The notes below the pieces were generated by a model. That model was not told where the DNA came from and did not search any database. It saw nothing but the letters and a program-made list of their open reading frames with translations. The position numbers were made by a program, and so were the translations under genes. Source: a bacterium (GTDB lineage: Bacteria; UBA8248). Taken from it: a stretch of DNA of 64,000 bases. The first letter of the stretch is position 1; every line of letters begins with the position of its first letter. Shown in pieces: positions 38,197 through 48,513 of the stretch. Location of the stretch: positions 1,440,001-1,504,000 of the forward strand of contig CBDATS010000004.1 of NCBI GenBank assembly GCA_965200245.1, given 5' to 3'.

Positions 38197-40089
38197 CTAC
38201 GCGTTCGCACCCCACAAGGCTTCGGCGACATCTTCCAGGTCGAGTTCGCGCAAAAGCTCGGGTTTGGGACGACCCGTATCTCTGTCGTAGCCGGCCGTCT
38301 CGTACCAGATGTCGAGCATTTTCTCCCACTGGTCCATTATCGAGACGCCCGCTATCGGCCCATCCACCGGTGTGGAACCGTATCGCCTGGATGGCTTCTC
38401 GACCTCCGGGCCGATGCCGCAGCGCAGGTTGAATGCGCGCATCAAGGCGTTGATGCGCCGGCCGGTCTGCATCGCTTCATCCTTGTCCACGTCCCATCCG
38501 GTAGCCGCCTGAATGGAGCGGCACAAGACGTCCATCGGTGCGCGCGTAGTGAACACACATGCCCCCAGAGAATCTTCGTACGCGCGACGTCCCCTGAGAC
38601 CGCCCACGTGCTTGGGCACCGCCTCCGCGTCTTGAGGATGCACACGTGCCGGCAGGCCGTAATCTGTCGGGAACACCGGGGGAGCCGTATCCATCGTTCC
38701 GCCCGAACCCGTGCAGGTATCGATCATCTCCTCCCACCGGGAGCGGTGATCGTGTCCTCTCGGGGAATTGCCTACTTCCGTGTAAATGGCGCAATCCTGT
38801 GCCTCGCCGCCGAGTTTCTCCGCCGCGAGTTTCGTTCCCTCGGCGAGAAGGTCGCCCATACCCTCGCGCTTGCAAATCATCTCGAGCAGCCTGTTGGCCC
38901 CGTCGATATCGCCCCACTCCAGACGGAAGCCCAGGTCCTGATCCGAGATGTAGCCTTTTTGCTGGCATTCCATCACCCAGCCGCAGAGCCAGCCGAACTC
39001 GTTCACGTCCACACAGGCACGGTCGAGCTGGGTGTTCATCCATGTGACCTGCTGTGGGTCGGTGGCGCCAATCGTCCAGCCCGCACCCGACCAGCCTTCG
39101 TACTCCGGTTCGTCCACGACCTGTCCCTTGTAGGGACCTGAGGTGATGACCTGCATGTGACAATGGTGCATCCCGCACGAACTGCACTGATGGCCCCGGT
39201 GGTCGAAGCCCTCGCGAAGACCGTTCGCCTCCCATTTCTGTGTTTCCACTTCCTCGGGCCACACATTGGTCGTGTAGTTTCGAATCGGAAGCGCGCCCAT
39301 GCCCTGCAGGTTCCGGACGCCGCCCAGAGTGCCGTAGAGATACAGCCCCCTGGTGGAAGGATCGGTCTGCAGGCTGTGGGCGATATCGTCCGCCGACGCG
39401 AAGAGCGCTTTGGGATGGGCGGCGGGAATCGCTTTCGTTCCCCGCTCGATGGCCACCGCCTTCACCTTTTTCTTGCCCATGACGGCACCACAGCCGTTCT
39501 TGCTCGCCACGTGGCCGTAGTCGCCCTGTATGGCAGCGAAGCGCACGAGGTTCTCGCCGGCGGGTCCAATGCTGTAAACGCTCAAGTTATGCCCGCTCAG
39601 GTTCAAGGTGTTCTCAAGCGATTGCTGGGTTTCCCAGGTGTCCTGGCCCAGTAACCCGGCAGCGTCTCGAAGCTCCACTCCGTCATCACGAATGTGGAGA
39701 TAGACCCAATCGGGCGATTCTCCTTGGAACACGATGGCGTCGTAACCGCAATACTTGAGATTCGCTCCGAAAAATCCGTTTGCCTGGGTGTTGGTCGCGC
39801 CGTTGGTCATCGCGCCCCGTGTCACCACGGTAAGGCCGCCCGTTCCCCACACGGGCAGACCCGCCAAGGGGCCTGTGGCCAGAACGAGCCGGTTCTCGGG
39901 GTCATCCCAACCTACCTCAGGCGGTACTTCTTCCCACAGAATCTTGGCGCCCAGACCTGCGCCGCCCACCCATTTCCTGCGGTCGGCTGCTTCGAATTTC
40001 TCGCTCCAAATCTTCCCGCTCGAGAGTTCGACCCGGAGGATTTCTCCTGCGTATGCGTAATCAGTCAAGGCATCGACCCCCTTGTTCAT
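38197..40089 (-). CDS. Aldehyde ferredoxin oxidoreductase family (tungstopterin) catalytic subunit
   Basis: 'YAGEILRVELS', 'GYDAIV', 'IGPAGENLVRFA', 'GAVMGKKKVKAV', 'CSSCGMHHC', 'EPEYE'. Confidence 0.93.
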   Translation of the reverse strand: MNKGVDALTDYAYAGEILRVELSSGKIWSEKFEAADRRKWVGGAGLGAKILWEEVPPEVGWDDPENRLVLATGPLAGLPVWGTGGLTVVTRGAMTNGATNTQANGFFGANLKYCGYDAIVFQGESPDWVYLHIRDDGVELRDAAGLLGQDTWETQQSLENTLNLSGHNLSVYSIGPAGENLVRFAAIQGDYGHVASKNGCGAVMGKKKVKAVAIERGTKAIPAAHPKALFASADDIAHSLQTDPSTRGLYLYGTLGGVRNLQGMGALPIRNYTTNVWPEEVETQKWEANGLREGFDHRGHQCSSCGMHHCHMQVITSGPYKGQVVDEPEYEGWSGAGWTIGATDPQQVTWMNTQLDRACVDVNEFGWLCGWVMECQQKGYISDQDLGFRLEWGDIDGANRLLEMICKREGMGDLLAEGTKLAAEKLGGEAQDCAIYTEVGNSPRGHDHRSRWEEMIDTCTGSGGTMDTAPPVFPTDYGLPARVHPQDAEAVPKHVGGLRGRRAYEDSLGACVFTTRAPMDVLCRSIQAATGWDVDKDEAMQTGRRINALMRAFNLRCGIGPEVEKPSRRYGSTPVDGPIAGVSIMDQWEKMLDIWYETAGYDRDTGRPKPELLRELDLEDVAEALWGANA

Positions 40090-41408
40090 GAAGAAACTGT
40101 GATTTCACGCGCCGACGCCGAAGGACGTCCCAAGACGGTTTCCGGCAGCAGGTCGCCTGCGGCACCCGAGGCCAGGAACGCACGTTTCACGTCAAACGGA
40201 TTCCTGCGCAAATGCTCTTTCCATTCGGAGATATCCACTCCGGAGTATACGAGTCCCTTGAGTATCCCCACATCGTTCGTCGTCCAGATTTCCCGGGTTT
40301 TCCCCAGGATGATCGCCCCGGTCAGTCTCCCGCCGTGGAACAGGAGCTTTCTGTAGGCGGGGCGATCGGGGCGCACGGTTTCGAGAACTTCCGCATCTGC
40401 GTCGTCCCATGCGCCAAAACTCGCAATTTCCAAATCGAGAACGTCCACGATGTTCATGAGCAAACTGCCCTTGTACGCGATTTTCTGTCCCGCCATATTG
40501 GCCGCCGCCACGCGGCCATGCTGCATGGCGGTGGGTTCGATAGCGTGCACGACCCTATCACCCGTCACCGCGTCGGGGCCTTCGGCAATATCACCTGCCG
40601 CATAGATGTTTGCCACGTTCGTGCGGCAATGTTCATCCACCAGGATTCCCTGGTTGGTCTCGAGATCGCTTCCTGCCACCCAGTCGATGTTGGGCCTGAT
40701 GCCCGTTGCCATGATAACCAGGTCGACTTCCAGATCGGGGCCTTCCTTGAACTTCAAAAGTTTGGCGTCTCCTTTATCCTCGATGGAGGCTACCTGTGTC
40801 GAGGTTCTCACTTCCACGCCGCGCTCGCTCAGCCAATCCTGAACGATTTCCGCGCCGGCATCGTCTATCATGCGCGGGAGGATGCGCGATTCGAGTTCCA
40901 CGACAGTGAGTTTCACACCTTGGTTCACCAGAGCGTTCAGAATCGTGAAGGCGATGAATCCCGCTCCGATCATCGCCACCCGGGTCCCCTCCTTCACACC
41001 GGACGCCACGGCGCGTGCCTGGGGAAACGTCCAGAAGCTGTGCACGTTCTTCCCGTTCGCTCCCGGCACCGGCGCTTTCACGGGAGAAGATCCCGTGGCG
41101 ATCAGGAGGTTGTCGTATTCGATCTCGTCACCGCCTTCGAGAATGAGCTTGTCCGAGGATGTGTCGATACTTTCGGCACGCGCACCGAGCCTCGCATCCA
41201 CTTTCAGTGCGGCGAGCCTGGGAGGAGAGGCGATGTAGACGTGGGACTCCGCGATGTCCCGCGCCAGGTAATAGGGCAGCACCATCCGCGAATACGGCGT
41301 TTCATCCGCAACGAGGATAATCTCCGAATCGCCCTTGTCCAGTTCCCTGAGGGTAGTGATGGCGTTCCATCCGGCGGTTCCGCCGCCCACGATGATGTGT
41401 CTGGCCAT
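40086..41408 (-). CDS. FAD/NAD(P)-dependent oxidoreductase (AOR-associated)
   Basis: 'IVGGGTAG', 'LLIATGS', 'IGAGFIA', 'IYAAGD'. Confidence 0.9.
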   Translation of the reverse strand: MARHIIVGGGTAGWNAITTLRELDKGDSEIILVADETPYSRMVLPYYLARDIAESHVYIASPPRLAALKVDARLGARAESIDTSSDKLILEGGDEIEYDNLLIATGSSPVKAPVPGANGKNVHSFWTFPQARAVASGVKEGTRVAMIGAGFIAFTILNALVNQGVKLTVVELESRILPRMIDDAGAEIVQDWLSERGVEVRTSTQVASIEDKGDAKLLKFKEGPDLEVDLVIMATGIRPNIDWVAGSDLETNQGILVDEHCRTNVANIYAAGDIAEGPDAVTGDRVVHAIEPTAMQHGRVAAANMAGQKIAYKGSLLMNIVDVLDLEIASFGAWDDADAEVLETVRPDRPAYRKLLFHGGRLTGAIILGKTREIWTTNDVGILKGLVYSGVDISEWKEHLRRNPFDVKRAFLASGAAGDLLPETVLGRPSASAREITVSS

Positions 41409-41409
41409 A

Positions 41410-41889
41410 TCAGATCACCCCCGCAAGCGGCCCGGCGGGCGATTTCGCCCGCTCCGCGGCAAAGGGTCCGACCCAGTCGGTCTTGTCGGCCTCTTGGTAG
41501 ACAATAGCGTCGGTAGGGCAAACGGACGCGCACGCGGGATTACCCCCGCACAGGTCACACTTGAACGCCTTGTGGGTGTCCATGTCATAGAACATCGTTC
41601 CATAGGGACAAGCGATGGTGCAGAGCTTGCAACCCACGCAAATGTCATCCGCCACGTCTTTCGCTCCAGCAGGCGAGATGCCAATCGCCTCGACAGGGCA
41701 CGCCGTCAGGCACCATGCCTCGTCACATTGCGGACACGTATAGGGAGCATAGCTCGTGTGCCCCTCGAACGAAGAGACGCGAATCACCGCCTTCGAGGGC
41801 TGAAACGTTCCTGTCTGCTCGTATGAGCACGCGAGTTCGCACCGCATGCAGCCGGTACACTTCTCGGGAATGATCTTGAGTATTTTCAT
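41410..41889 (-). CDS. 4x[4Fe-4S] polyferredoxin subunit
   Basis: 'CTGCMRCELAC', 'CPQCDEAWCLTACP', 'CVGCKLCTIACP', 'KCDLCGGNPACASVCP'. Confidence 0.93.
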   Translation of the reverse strand: MKILKIIPEKCTGCMRCELACSYEQTGTFQPSKAVIRVSSFEGHTSYAPYTCPQCDEAWCLTACPVEAIGISPAGAKDVADDICVGCKLCTIACPYGTMFYDMDTHKAFKCDLCGGNPACASVCPTDAIVYQEADKTDWVGPFAAERAKSPAGPLAGVI

Positions 41890-42044
41890 CGCACCCCCAC
41901 GATTTTCAGAAAGGGTCTCCCGCTCCACATCTCGTGCATCGTGACGCGGGAAACACATTTTTGGAAGAATGAAGACGCACTCATTCTCGCAGAGAGACAC
42001 GTCCCCGGTCAAACCAAATTCCTTTTCGGAGGCTGCTCAAAGCG

Positions 42045-42926
42045 TCAGCCGCTCGACGTCACCAAAACGGCCCCGGCCACGACGATGAGCGTGCCGACCA
42101 CCAGGCGTTTTGTGATGACTTCCAGATCGCGCAGTATTACTACCGACAGCAACAGAACGAATATCGGCGTCATGCGAACGAGTGGGGAAATGACCGCGAG
42201 TTGCCCGTCGCGCAGCGAGGTCCAGAACATCACGGCGGAGAATAGCGCGAACAATCCCGCCGGAACGCATGCCCCCGCAATACGCATGCCCCACTGGAAC
42301 TTCTGGTCTTGCGAGGCGAAGCGCGAGGAAACAAGCAATCCCACGTTGGCGATGAGCGTGGCCACGATTATACCCAGCCAGGGAGCGTTCATGGCGGCCA
42401 GCCCCGCCTTTCGGAAATAGGGCGTGAAGCTGAATGCCGCCATCGCGATGAAGGCGAACGTATAACGCCTGAGCGAATACTCTCCCGTGATCCGATCCCC
42501 GGTGAGCCAGATCATCCCGAGTACGACGAGCAGGATTCCCAGCCAAACGCTGGCGTCCGGGCGTTCACCCAGAATCAAGACGCCCATCAGGGCAGAGCCG
42601 ATGGGAGTCGCCGCCACGAGCGCGTTCGTCCTGCTTACGCCGATGTTCTCACTCGAACGGAGAGCGCTGTAGCGCGCCACGAGATTCCCCGCCACCCCTG
42701 TGAAGACGAAAAAGGCGAGAGCGGTCGTCCAGTTGCCCTCGTAACTATCGGAGAGAGGGGAAAAAACGACGGCGAGAACCGCCATCCAGCCATTCACCCA
42801 AAAGATGATCGTGAGTGCCGAGGCGCGTTCCAGCAATCTGCGAACAAGCGTTTGGTTGCACGCAAACAAAAAGGCACCCAGCAAAGCGCGGATCTCAGGC
42901 GATGCCTCCAGAATCAGGTTTGCCAT
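42045..42926 (-). CDS. EamA/DMT family transporter
   Basis: About 10 TM segments in two repeats; 'IGVSR', 'LGER'. Confidence 0.85.
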   Translation of the reverse strand: MANLILEASPEIRALLGAFLFACNQTLVRRLLERASALTIIFWVNGWMAVLAVVFSPLSDSYEGNWTTALAFFVFTGVAGNLVARYSALRSSENIGVSRTNALVAATPIGSALMGVLILGERPDASVWLGILLVVLGMIWLTGDRITGEYSLRRYTFAFIAMAAFSFTPYFRKAGLAAMNAPWLGIIVATLIANVGLLVSSRFASQDQKFQWGMRIAGACVPAGLFALFSAVMFWTSLRDGQLAVISPLVRMTPIFVLLLSVVILRDLEVITKRLVVGTLIVVAGAVLVTSSG

Positions 42927-43036
42927 TTCCACACCTCGAGAATCACCCTGAAAACCCGCTCGTGGGCCAGAAGACCGGGAGATGCCTTGAACCGCTTCCG
43001 AAAGAAACCGTGCGCCGCACTCGAAAGCAACGGCGG

Positions 43037-43921
43037 CTATCGGCCTAGTATGATCAACACGGCGCCTTCCACAGCGAGAAGTCCACCTGCGATCACGCGC
43101 AAATTGATTCGTTCGATTCTCTGATAAAAAATCCAGGAAAAGAGAATCAGGAACAAGATGGAAAGCCGGTTTATGGGAATTACCTCCACGAGCTTCCCGT
43201 TCTTGATGGCGACCCAAAAGGCGTACGCCGATATGATGTTGAAAATACCTGCGCCGAGAACTGCCAGTATACCCTTTTTGCTCCAGGTATTGGGCCTGAG
43301 TTCATGATTCTCGACGAACGGGATCGAACCGAGCTGGAGAAGCGCGCCCGTGAACGCCGTTGTGGCGATGCCAAAGGCGGGTGAGGGAATCGTCTGAAAC
43401 GCGAATTTGCGCAAAGGCGGAGCGAACGAGAAGAAAAAGGCACCCAGAAGCGGCAGAAGATAATACCAAAGCGGAGCACGCCTGCCCTCTGTCCCTCTTT
43501 CCTGCACCAGAAGTATCGCGCCCAATACGATGGCGAATGTGCCCAGGGCGACCGGGAAGGTCATCGTCTCGCCGAAAAGGAGCATGGCGAGCAAGGCGCT
43601 CCAGATTGGGTGGACCTGGGCCAGAATCTGGGAGCGTGCCATTCCGATGAGCGTGGCCGAGATAAAGTTGATGTTTCTCGACAGGAAATGAGAGCAAAGC
43701 CCCGCCAGAACGAACCATAAAATTCCCTCCAGCGGCCATTTTTCGAGACTGACACCCAGCGCGTAAATCGTCGAGGCGTACGTAAACAATGCCAGGTTGC
43801 TCAAGAAGGCGAGTGCCTTCGGTCCCACCCACTGAAGAGCACCTCGATAGATTGTTTGCGCCACGGCCAAAAAGACGCCGGAAATGAAAGACAACAGGAT
43901 TGGGGGGAGTGATTCAATCAA
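43037..43921 (-). CDS. EamA/DMT family transporter
   Basis: About 10 TM segments; 'IGMARS', 'LFGE'. Confidence 0.85.
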   Translation of the reverse strand: MIESLPPILLSFISGVFLAVAQTIYRGALQWVGPKALAFLSNLALFTYASTIYALGVSLEKWPLEGILWFVLAGLCSHFLSRNINFISATLIGMARSQILAQVHPIWSALLAMLLFGETMTFPVALGTFAIVLGAILLVQERGTEGRRAPLWYYLLPLLGAFFFSFAPPLRKFAFQTIPSPAFGIATTAFTGALLQLGSIPFVENHELRPNTWSKKGILAVLGAGIFNIISAYAFWVAIKNGKLVEVIPINRLSILFLILFSWIFYQRIERINLRVIAGGLLAVEGAVLIILGR

Positions 43922-44068
43922 GGCCTACCCAGGGTGACAGGGAAATGACTTAAAATGATAAGTGAATATTATGACACGGGAAACCCGCGCCCGGCATCCA
44001 CGTCCCGCGCGAATCCAGCCATTGCGTGTTATATTCCCGACTCCCGATTCCACTCGAGGACAGAGAAA

Positions 44069-44743
44069 ATGCCGGAGAACCCACACAGACCTGCTACGGA
44101 AATTTTCCCCGAATACGCCTTGTTGCCCGAAATGTACGCCAGTGAGGTGGAAGGCTTGTCGCAAGGGCAACTGGATTTGAAGCAAGCCGGTAAAAGCTGG
44201 GGTTTATGGTCGATCCGCGAGCAGGTCAGCCACATGGGTTATGTGAATTACAGATGGTTTTTGGAGGTTTGGGGAAAATCCTTGTTTGGAGAAGATTTGC
44301 CGAGGCCGAAATCCCTGTACGACACTGGCGGTGCGGATCGCCTCCTCGATCCAGAACGATTTCATGAGGTGGACGGACTACTCTCGGCTTTTGAAGATGG
44401 TTGCCGGTTGGCTCTGGACATTCTGAAAAACGAAACCCCTGAATCGCTGCGCGAGAAAACCAAACAAAGGGAAGCTCCCCAGGACTACAAATGGCCCTCG
44501 GGGGATCGATATATCGACTGGCTGGAAAACGTGGTGCTCAAAACCCACCCCGACGGTTTTTGGCGTGACGAGAGCCGGGACGACCTTTTTCACTACAACC
44601 TGGAGTGGACATTTCGCCATGTGCTCTGGGAAGCGTACGCCCATCTCAAGACCATCCAGATGCACAAACGATCCCAGGGAATCGGGGTGAAGGTAGCGCT
44701 GGATGAAAGCGTGGGTTACCTCGCCGCGCTCACCTGGGAGTGA
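44069..44743 (+). CDS. DinB/YfiT-like four-helix protein
   Basis: 'WSIREQVSHM' and C-terminal 'RHVLWEAYAHLKTI'. Confidence 0.72.
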   Translation: MPENPHRPATEIFPEYALLPEMYASEVEGLSQGQLDLKQAGKSWGLWSIREQVSHMGYVNYRWFLEVWGKSLFGEDLPRPKSLYDTGGADRLLDPERFHEVDGLLSAFEDGCRLALDILKNETPESLREKTKQREAPQDYKWPSGDRYIDWLENVVLKTHPDGFWRDESRDDLFHYNLEWTFRHVLWEAYAHLKTIQMHKRSQGIGVKVALDESVGYLAALTWE

Positions 44744-45272
44744 GCATCCGCAACACCAGGTTCTCGGGCGCATCTTCGACCGTGAACAGATCCATGTTTT
44801 TCCTCCAGATGAAGCCTTCCTTGTGCATGTGACGCAAAAAAACCAGCAAAGGCTCGTAATAGCCACAAATGTTGAGCAGGCCGACGGGCTTGGCGTGATA
44901 TCCGAGTTGGAGCAAGGTACTCATCTCCATGGCCTCCTCGAGCGTGCCCAGCCCTCCCGGAAGCGCGATGAACCCATCGGCCAGTTCCGCCATCAGGGCT
45001 TTTCTCTCGTGCATCGTGCGTACCACGCGAAGTTCGGTGACCCCGTGGTGTGCCACTTCCATTTCCATCAACTTGTCGGGAATCACGCCGATGATCTCAC
45101 CTCCGCGTTCGAGCACCGCGTCGGCCAGAATACCCATGAGTCCGACACCTCCCGCGCCGTACACTACACCGATTCCGCGCGCGGCCAAGGTATGGCCCAG
45201 AGTTCGCGCCGCCTCCTGATATTCCGTTCGCACCCCTTTAGATGAACCAGCGAAAACGCATATCCGTTTCAA
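44730..45272 (-). CDS. LOG family nucleotide phosphoribohydrolase
   Basis: 'YGAGGVGLMG', 'MHERK', 'PGGLGTLEE'. Confidence 0.93.
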   Translation of the reverse strand: MKRICVFAGSSKGVRTEYQEAARTLGHTLAARGIGVVYGAGGVGLMGILADAVLERGGEIIGVIPDKLMEMEVAHHGVTELRVVRTMHERKALMAELADGFIALPGGLGTLEEAMEMSTLLQLGYHAKPVGLLNICGYYEPLLVFLRHMHKEGFIWRKNMDLFTVEDAPENLVLRMLTPR

Positions 45273-45396
45273 AAAAATTTCCTCCCGACCGGGACGGCGC
45301 CCTGGCGGGAGTCGACGTTCTCCGGCTTTTGGTTTTCATCGCAATTTCTTCTCTGATTAGCGTCAGCCATATTACTACCGCTACACTCTCTGCGCC

Positions 45397-46125
45397 ATGA
45401 ACATCCTGATTTGGAATATCATGCACGGTGGCGGACGCCGGGCAAGCAAAATCGTGCAGTACATTCGCAGCGGAAGTCCCGACCTTATCGTTCTCACGGA
45501 ATTTCGGGGTACTCCGCCGAGTCGGGAGATCGCCTCCCGAATCGGGGAGATGGGACTGTCCCACCAACTGCGCACAGCATCTGAAAACCATCCGGCCAGA
45601 AACGCTCTTCTGCTTGCCTCTCGCTGGCCGCTTGAGCGCGTTCGCTGGAGGAATCCGCCTCAACCCGGACAGCGCCGCCTGCTCGCCCGTGTCCGTGCAC
45701 CTAGGCCCATTACCGTCACTGCCGTTCACGTGCCCAACCGCGTAAGCGGTATCAAGTATCCCTTTCTTGATGCGCTTTGCGATCTGGCAAGTCGCAGGCG
45801 CGGTGGCGACGCCATCGTAGCTGGTGATTTCAACACCGGGCGAATCGGCGAGGATGAAACGGTGAAATGTTTCAACAGGCGCGAAGACGATTTCATGACC
45901 ACCATGTCGAAAGCGGGATGGGCGGATGCGTATCGTAGCGTTCACGGCCGGAAGCGCGCCTATACCTGGCGCGCCCCCGGGGGTGGAGGGAGTTTCCGGC
46001 TGGACCATGCGTTCATCAATCGAAGCGCGCAAGACAGGCTGCTCGACGCACGCATCGATTGGGTGAAGGGGAAACCGAGGCCGCCCAGCGATCACGCCGC
46101 ATTGTGGATCACGTTGAAAGATTGA
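45397..46125 (+). CDS. Exonuclease/endonuclease/phosphatase (ExoIII-like) protein
   Basis: 'IWNI', 'PDLIVLTE', 'GDFN', 'YTW', 'RLDH', 'SDH'. Confidence 0.88.
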   Translation: MNILIWNIMHGGGRRASKIVQYIRSGSPDLIVLTEFRGTPPSREIASRIGEMGLSHQLRTASENHPARNALLLASRWPLERVRWRNPPQPGQRRLLARVRAPRPITVTAVHVPNRVSGIKYPFLDALCDLASRRRGGDAIVAGDFNTGRIGEDETVKCFNRREDDFMTTMSKAGWADAYRSVHGRKRAYTWRAPGGGGSFRLDHAFINRSAQDRLLDARIDWVKGKPRPPSDHAALWITLKD

Positions 46126-46178
46126 TTCGGGAAGTTGTAGAACGAGGTGGTTTCTTTTGAACAAAAAGGAGAAGTTCC

Positions 46179-47357
46179 GTGAGCAAACCCCTTCAGGGCG
46201 TCAAGGTATTGGACCTGACCCGCCTCGTCTCGGGCGGAATGTACGGCATGCTGCTGGCCGACGCCGGCGCCGACGTGGTCAAGGTCGAAGCCCCGGGCCA
46301 GGGCGACACGCTGCGGGCATGGAACCCGTATTGGTGGAAGGTCTACGGGCGGGGGAAACGCTCCATCACCACGAACCTGGCGAAAACACAAGGCCGGGAC
46401 CTCATCCGAAAGCTGGCGGCCAAGGCGGATGTTCTCGCCGAGAATTTTTTCGCCGGCAAACTCGAAAACTGGGGACTGGGACCGAACGAGTTATGGAAAG
46501 TGAATCCGAAGCTCATCGTCGTGCGGATATCCGGATGGGGACAGGACGGTCCCTATCGCGACAGGCCGGGCTTCGGCACCTTGGTGGAGGCGATGTCGGG
46601 TTTCGCCGATATGAACGGCTTTCCTGATTCCCCTCCCCTGGCTCCTCCCCAGCCACTTGCGGATATGACGGCGGCACTTCAGGGCGTCGCCTCCACCATG
46701 TTCGCGCTCTACCACCGCGACGCTCTGGGAGGCGGGAGGGGACAGACTATCGATCTGGCGCTTTACGAACCGTTATTCACGATGCTGGGTCCACAGGCGG
46801 CCCGCTATCTCATCGAAGGGAAGAAGCGTCCCCGCCTGGGTAACCGCTCCGAGAACTCGGCACCCAGAAACATCTATCCCACGAGCGACGGGAAGTGGGT
46901 AGCGATTTCCGCTTCCACCCAGCCGATGTATGAACGCCTCGCCCGCGCCCTGGGGCGTGATGATCTCATTTCCGACGAGCGGTTCTCGAACAACGAGACG
47001 CGTGTTGTAAACCAGGATGCGCTCGATAAAATAGTGGCCGATGCCATAGCAAAATGCAGTTGCGATGAGAACATGGAACTTTTCAACGCGGGTGGTGTAA
47101 CGGCGAGCCCCGTCTACGACATCGAAGACATTCTGGCCGATCCCCATTTTCAGGCGAGAAATCTGGTGCGCCATGTGCCGGACGCAGATTTCGGTTCCGT
47201 GCCCATGCAGGGCGCTTTCCCGAGCATGTCGGAGACGCCCCTCGATATTGCCTGGACAGGGCCGGCCCTGGGGGAGCATACCGAAGCGATTCTCAATGAA
47301 TGGCTGGGCATGAAGCCTCCGGAAATCGAACGTCTGCGGAACGAAGAAGTGCTGTAA
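46179..47357 (+). CDS. Class III CoA-transferase (CaiB/BaiF)
   Basis: 'LQGVKVLDL', 'GADVVKVE', 'ENF', 'GQDGPY', 'LAD', 'PALGEHT'. Confidence 0.93.
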   Translation: MSKPLQGVKVLDLTRLVSGGMYGMLLADAGADVVKVEAPGQGDTLRAWNPYWWKVYGRGKRSITTNLAKTQGRDLIRKLAAKADVLAENFFAGKLENWGLGPNELWKVNPKLIVVRISGWGQDGPYRDRPGFGTLVEAMSGFADMNGFPDSPPLAPPQPLADMTAALQGVASTMFALYHRDALGGGRGQTIDLALYEPLFTMLGPQAARYLIEGKKRPRLGNRSENSAPRNIYPTSDGKWVAISASTQPMYERLARALGRDDLISDERFSNNETRVVNQDALDKIVADAIAKCSCDENMELFNAGGVTASPVYDIEDILADPHFQARNLVRHVPDADFGSVPMQGAFPSMSETPLDIAWTGPALGEHTEAILNEWLGMKPPEIERLRNEEVL

Positions 47358-47359
47358 AG

Positions 47360-48202
47360 TTACCCCCTGGAGAAAAGAATCACGGACGCCGCGGCGAAGA
47401 CGACGCCCACCCCTTTCCTCAATGTCAATTTCTCCTTGAGGAAGATGATGGCGAGCACCCCGGTCAACACGAAGCTCAACTGGGCGATTGGAGCCACGAC
47501 GACCGCCTCGCCATAGGTGAACCCCACGGCGATCGCCACGTAGCTCGACGAGGTGAGCACGCCGCACACGAAAGGCAGCCAGAGTGGGACGCCGCTTTTG
47601 GGAAGCGGGTTTTTTTGCAGGAACGCGAAGGGCACGGCCATGCAAAAAACGCCCACGCTTTGCGTGGCCGTCATCATGGCCGGTTTGGCTCCCATCCCCA
47701 GGCCCAGTTTGTAGAAAAGCCCGATAACCCCGAACATGCACATGGCGGAGATCGCTAGGACGATGGAACGCCTGTCCCCGACGGACGCCGCCAGGCCGCT
47801 GCCGCCGGCCATCACAGCGAGAGCCGCCAGGAGGAGGGCGGTGCCCTTGATGAGATTTACACTTTCGCCCAGGAAAAAAATGGTGAGGGCGGCCGTGACC
47901 GCGAAATTGAGGCGGACGATCGGCACGAGCGCCACTGCCTCGCCCCGTCTCAATGCGAGCAGGACGAACAAAAACGCGGTAAACGCCAAAATCCCGTTGA
48001 TGAACCCGAATAAAAGACCCGGATTCCAAAGCAATTCATTGCGATAATAGGCTAGGCCGAACGCGTTGGGCAGATACGCCATGTTTTGCAGGAACATGAA
48101 GGGCCCGCTCCGTATATCCCACTGCTGGCCCCATTTGTAGAGAAAGTCATTGACGCCGAGAAAGCACAGCGACATGAGCGCGAAGGTGACTTCTGGCGGC
48201 AT
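47360..48202 (-). CDS. EamA/DMT family transporter
   Basis: About 10 TM segments; 'FLGE', 'VVAPIAQLS', 'FLKEKL'. Confidence 0.85.
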   Translation of the reverse strand: MPPEVTFALMSLCFLGVNDFLYKWGQQWDIRSGPFMFLQNMAYLPNAFGLAYYRNELLWNPGLLFGFINGILAFTAFLFVLLALRRGEAVALVPIVRLNFAVTAALTIFFLGESVNLIKGTALLLAALAVMAGGSGLAASVGDRRSIVLAISAMCMFGVIGLFYKLGLGMGAKPAMMTATQSVGVFCMAVPFAFLQKNPLPKSGVPLWLPFVCGVLTSSSYVAIAVGFTYGEAVVVAPIAQLSFVLTGVLAIIFLKEKLTLRKGVGVVFAAASVILFSRG

Positions 48203-48513
48203 ACGCGACTCCTCGGCGCGGACATCCCTGCTCGCCACGCGCGTTTTTGAATGATGGGGGGATGAAAGCACCCTCGATTCAGGGAAACTCCACAGGACAG
48301 GCTTTAAAAATCGAAAAAATGATACGACCCGCACTCCGGTGTGTCAACGTGATGGATGGTGGCGAATGCCCCCTGTTTTCTGCGATACGGACACCTTGGC
48401 GTAACCCTCTTGGCGGAAAACGTGCTATTTTGGCTTCCGGAAACCGGATAAAACCGTTGCAACCGGAAAACCTGAGTGTTTGCTTTCATCTTTTTCAACG
48501 AGGAGCCGGGGGG

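Noticed and set aside
41890-42044. Moco/Wco riboswitch upstream of the AOR operon
   Set aside because: No recognisable consensus or convincing multi-stem structure by eye.
46773-48029. Long alternative ORFs (also 32389-33702, 26075-27205, 40212-41507, 62051-63175)
   Set aside because: Antisense shadows of well-supported genes in GC-rich DNA, with no recognisable motifs.
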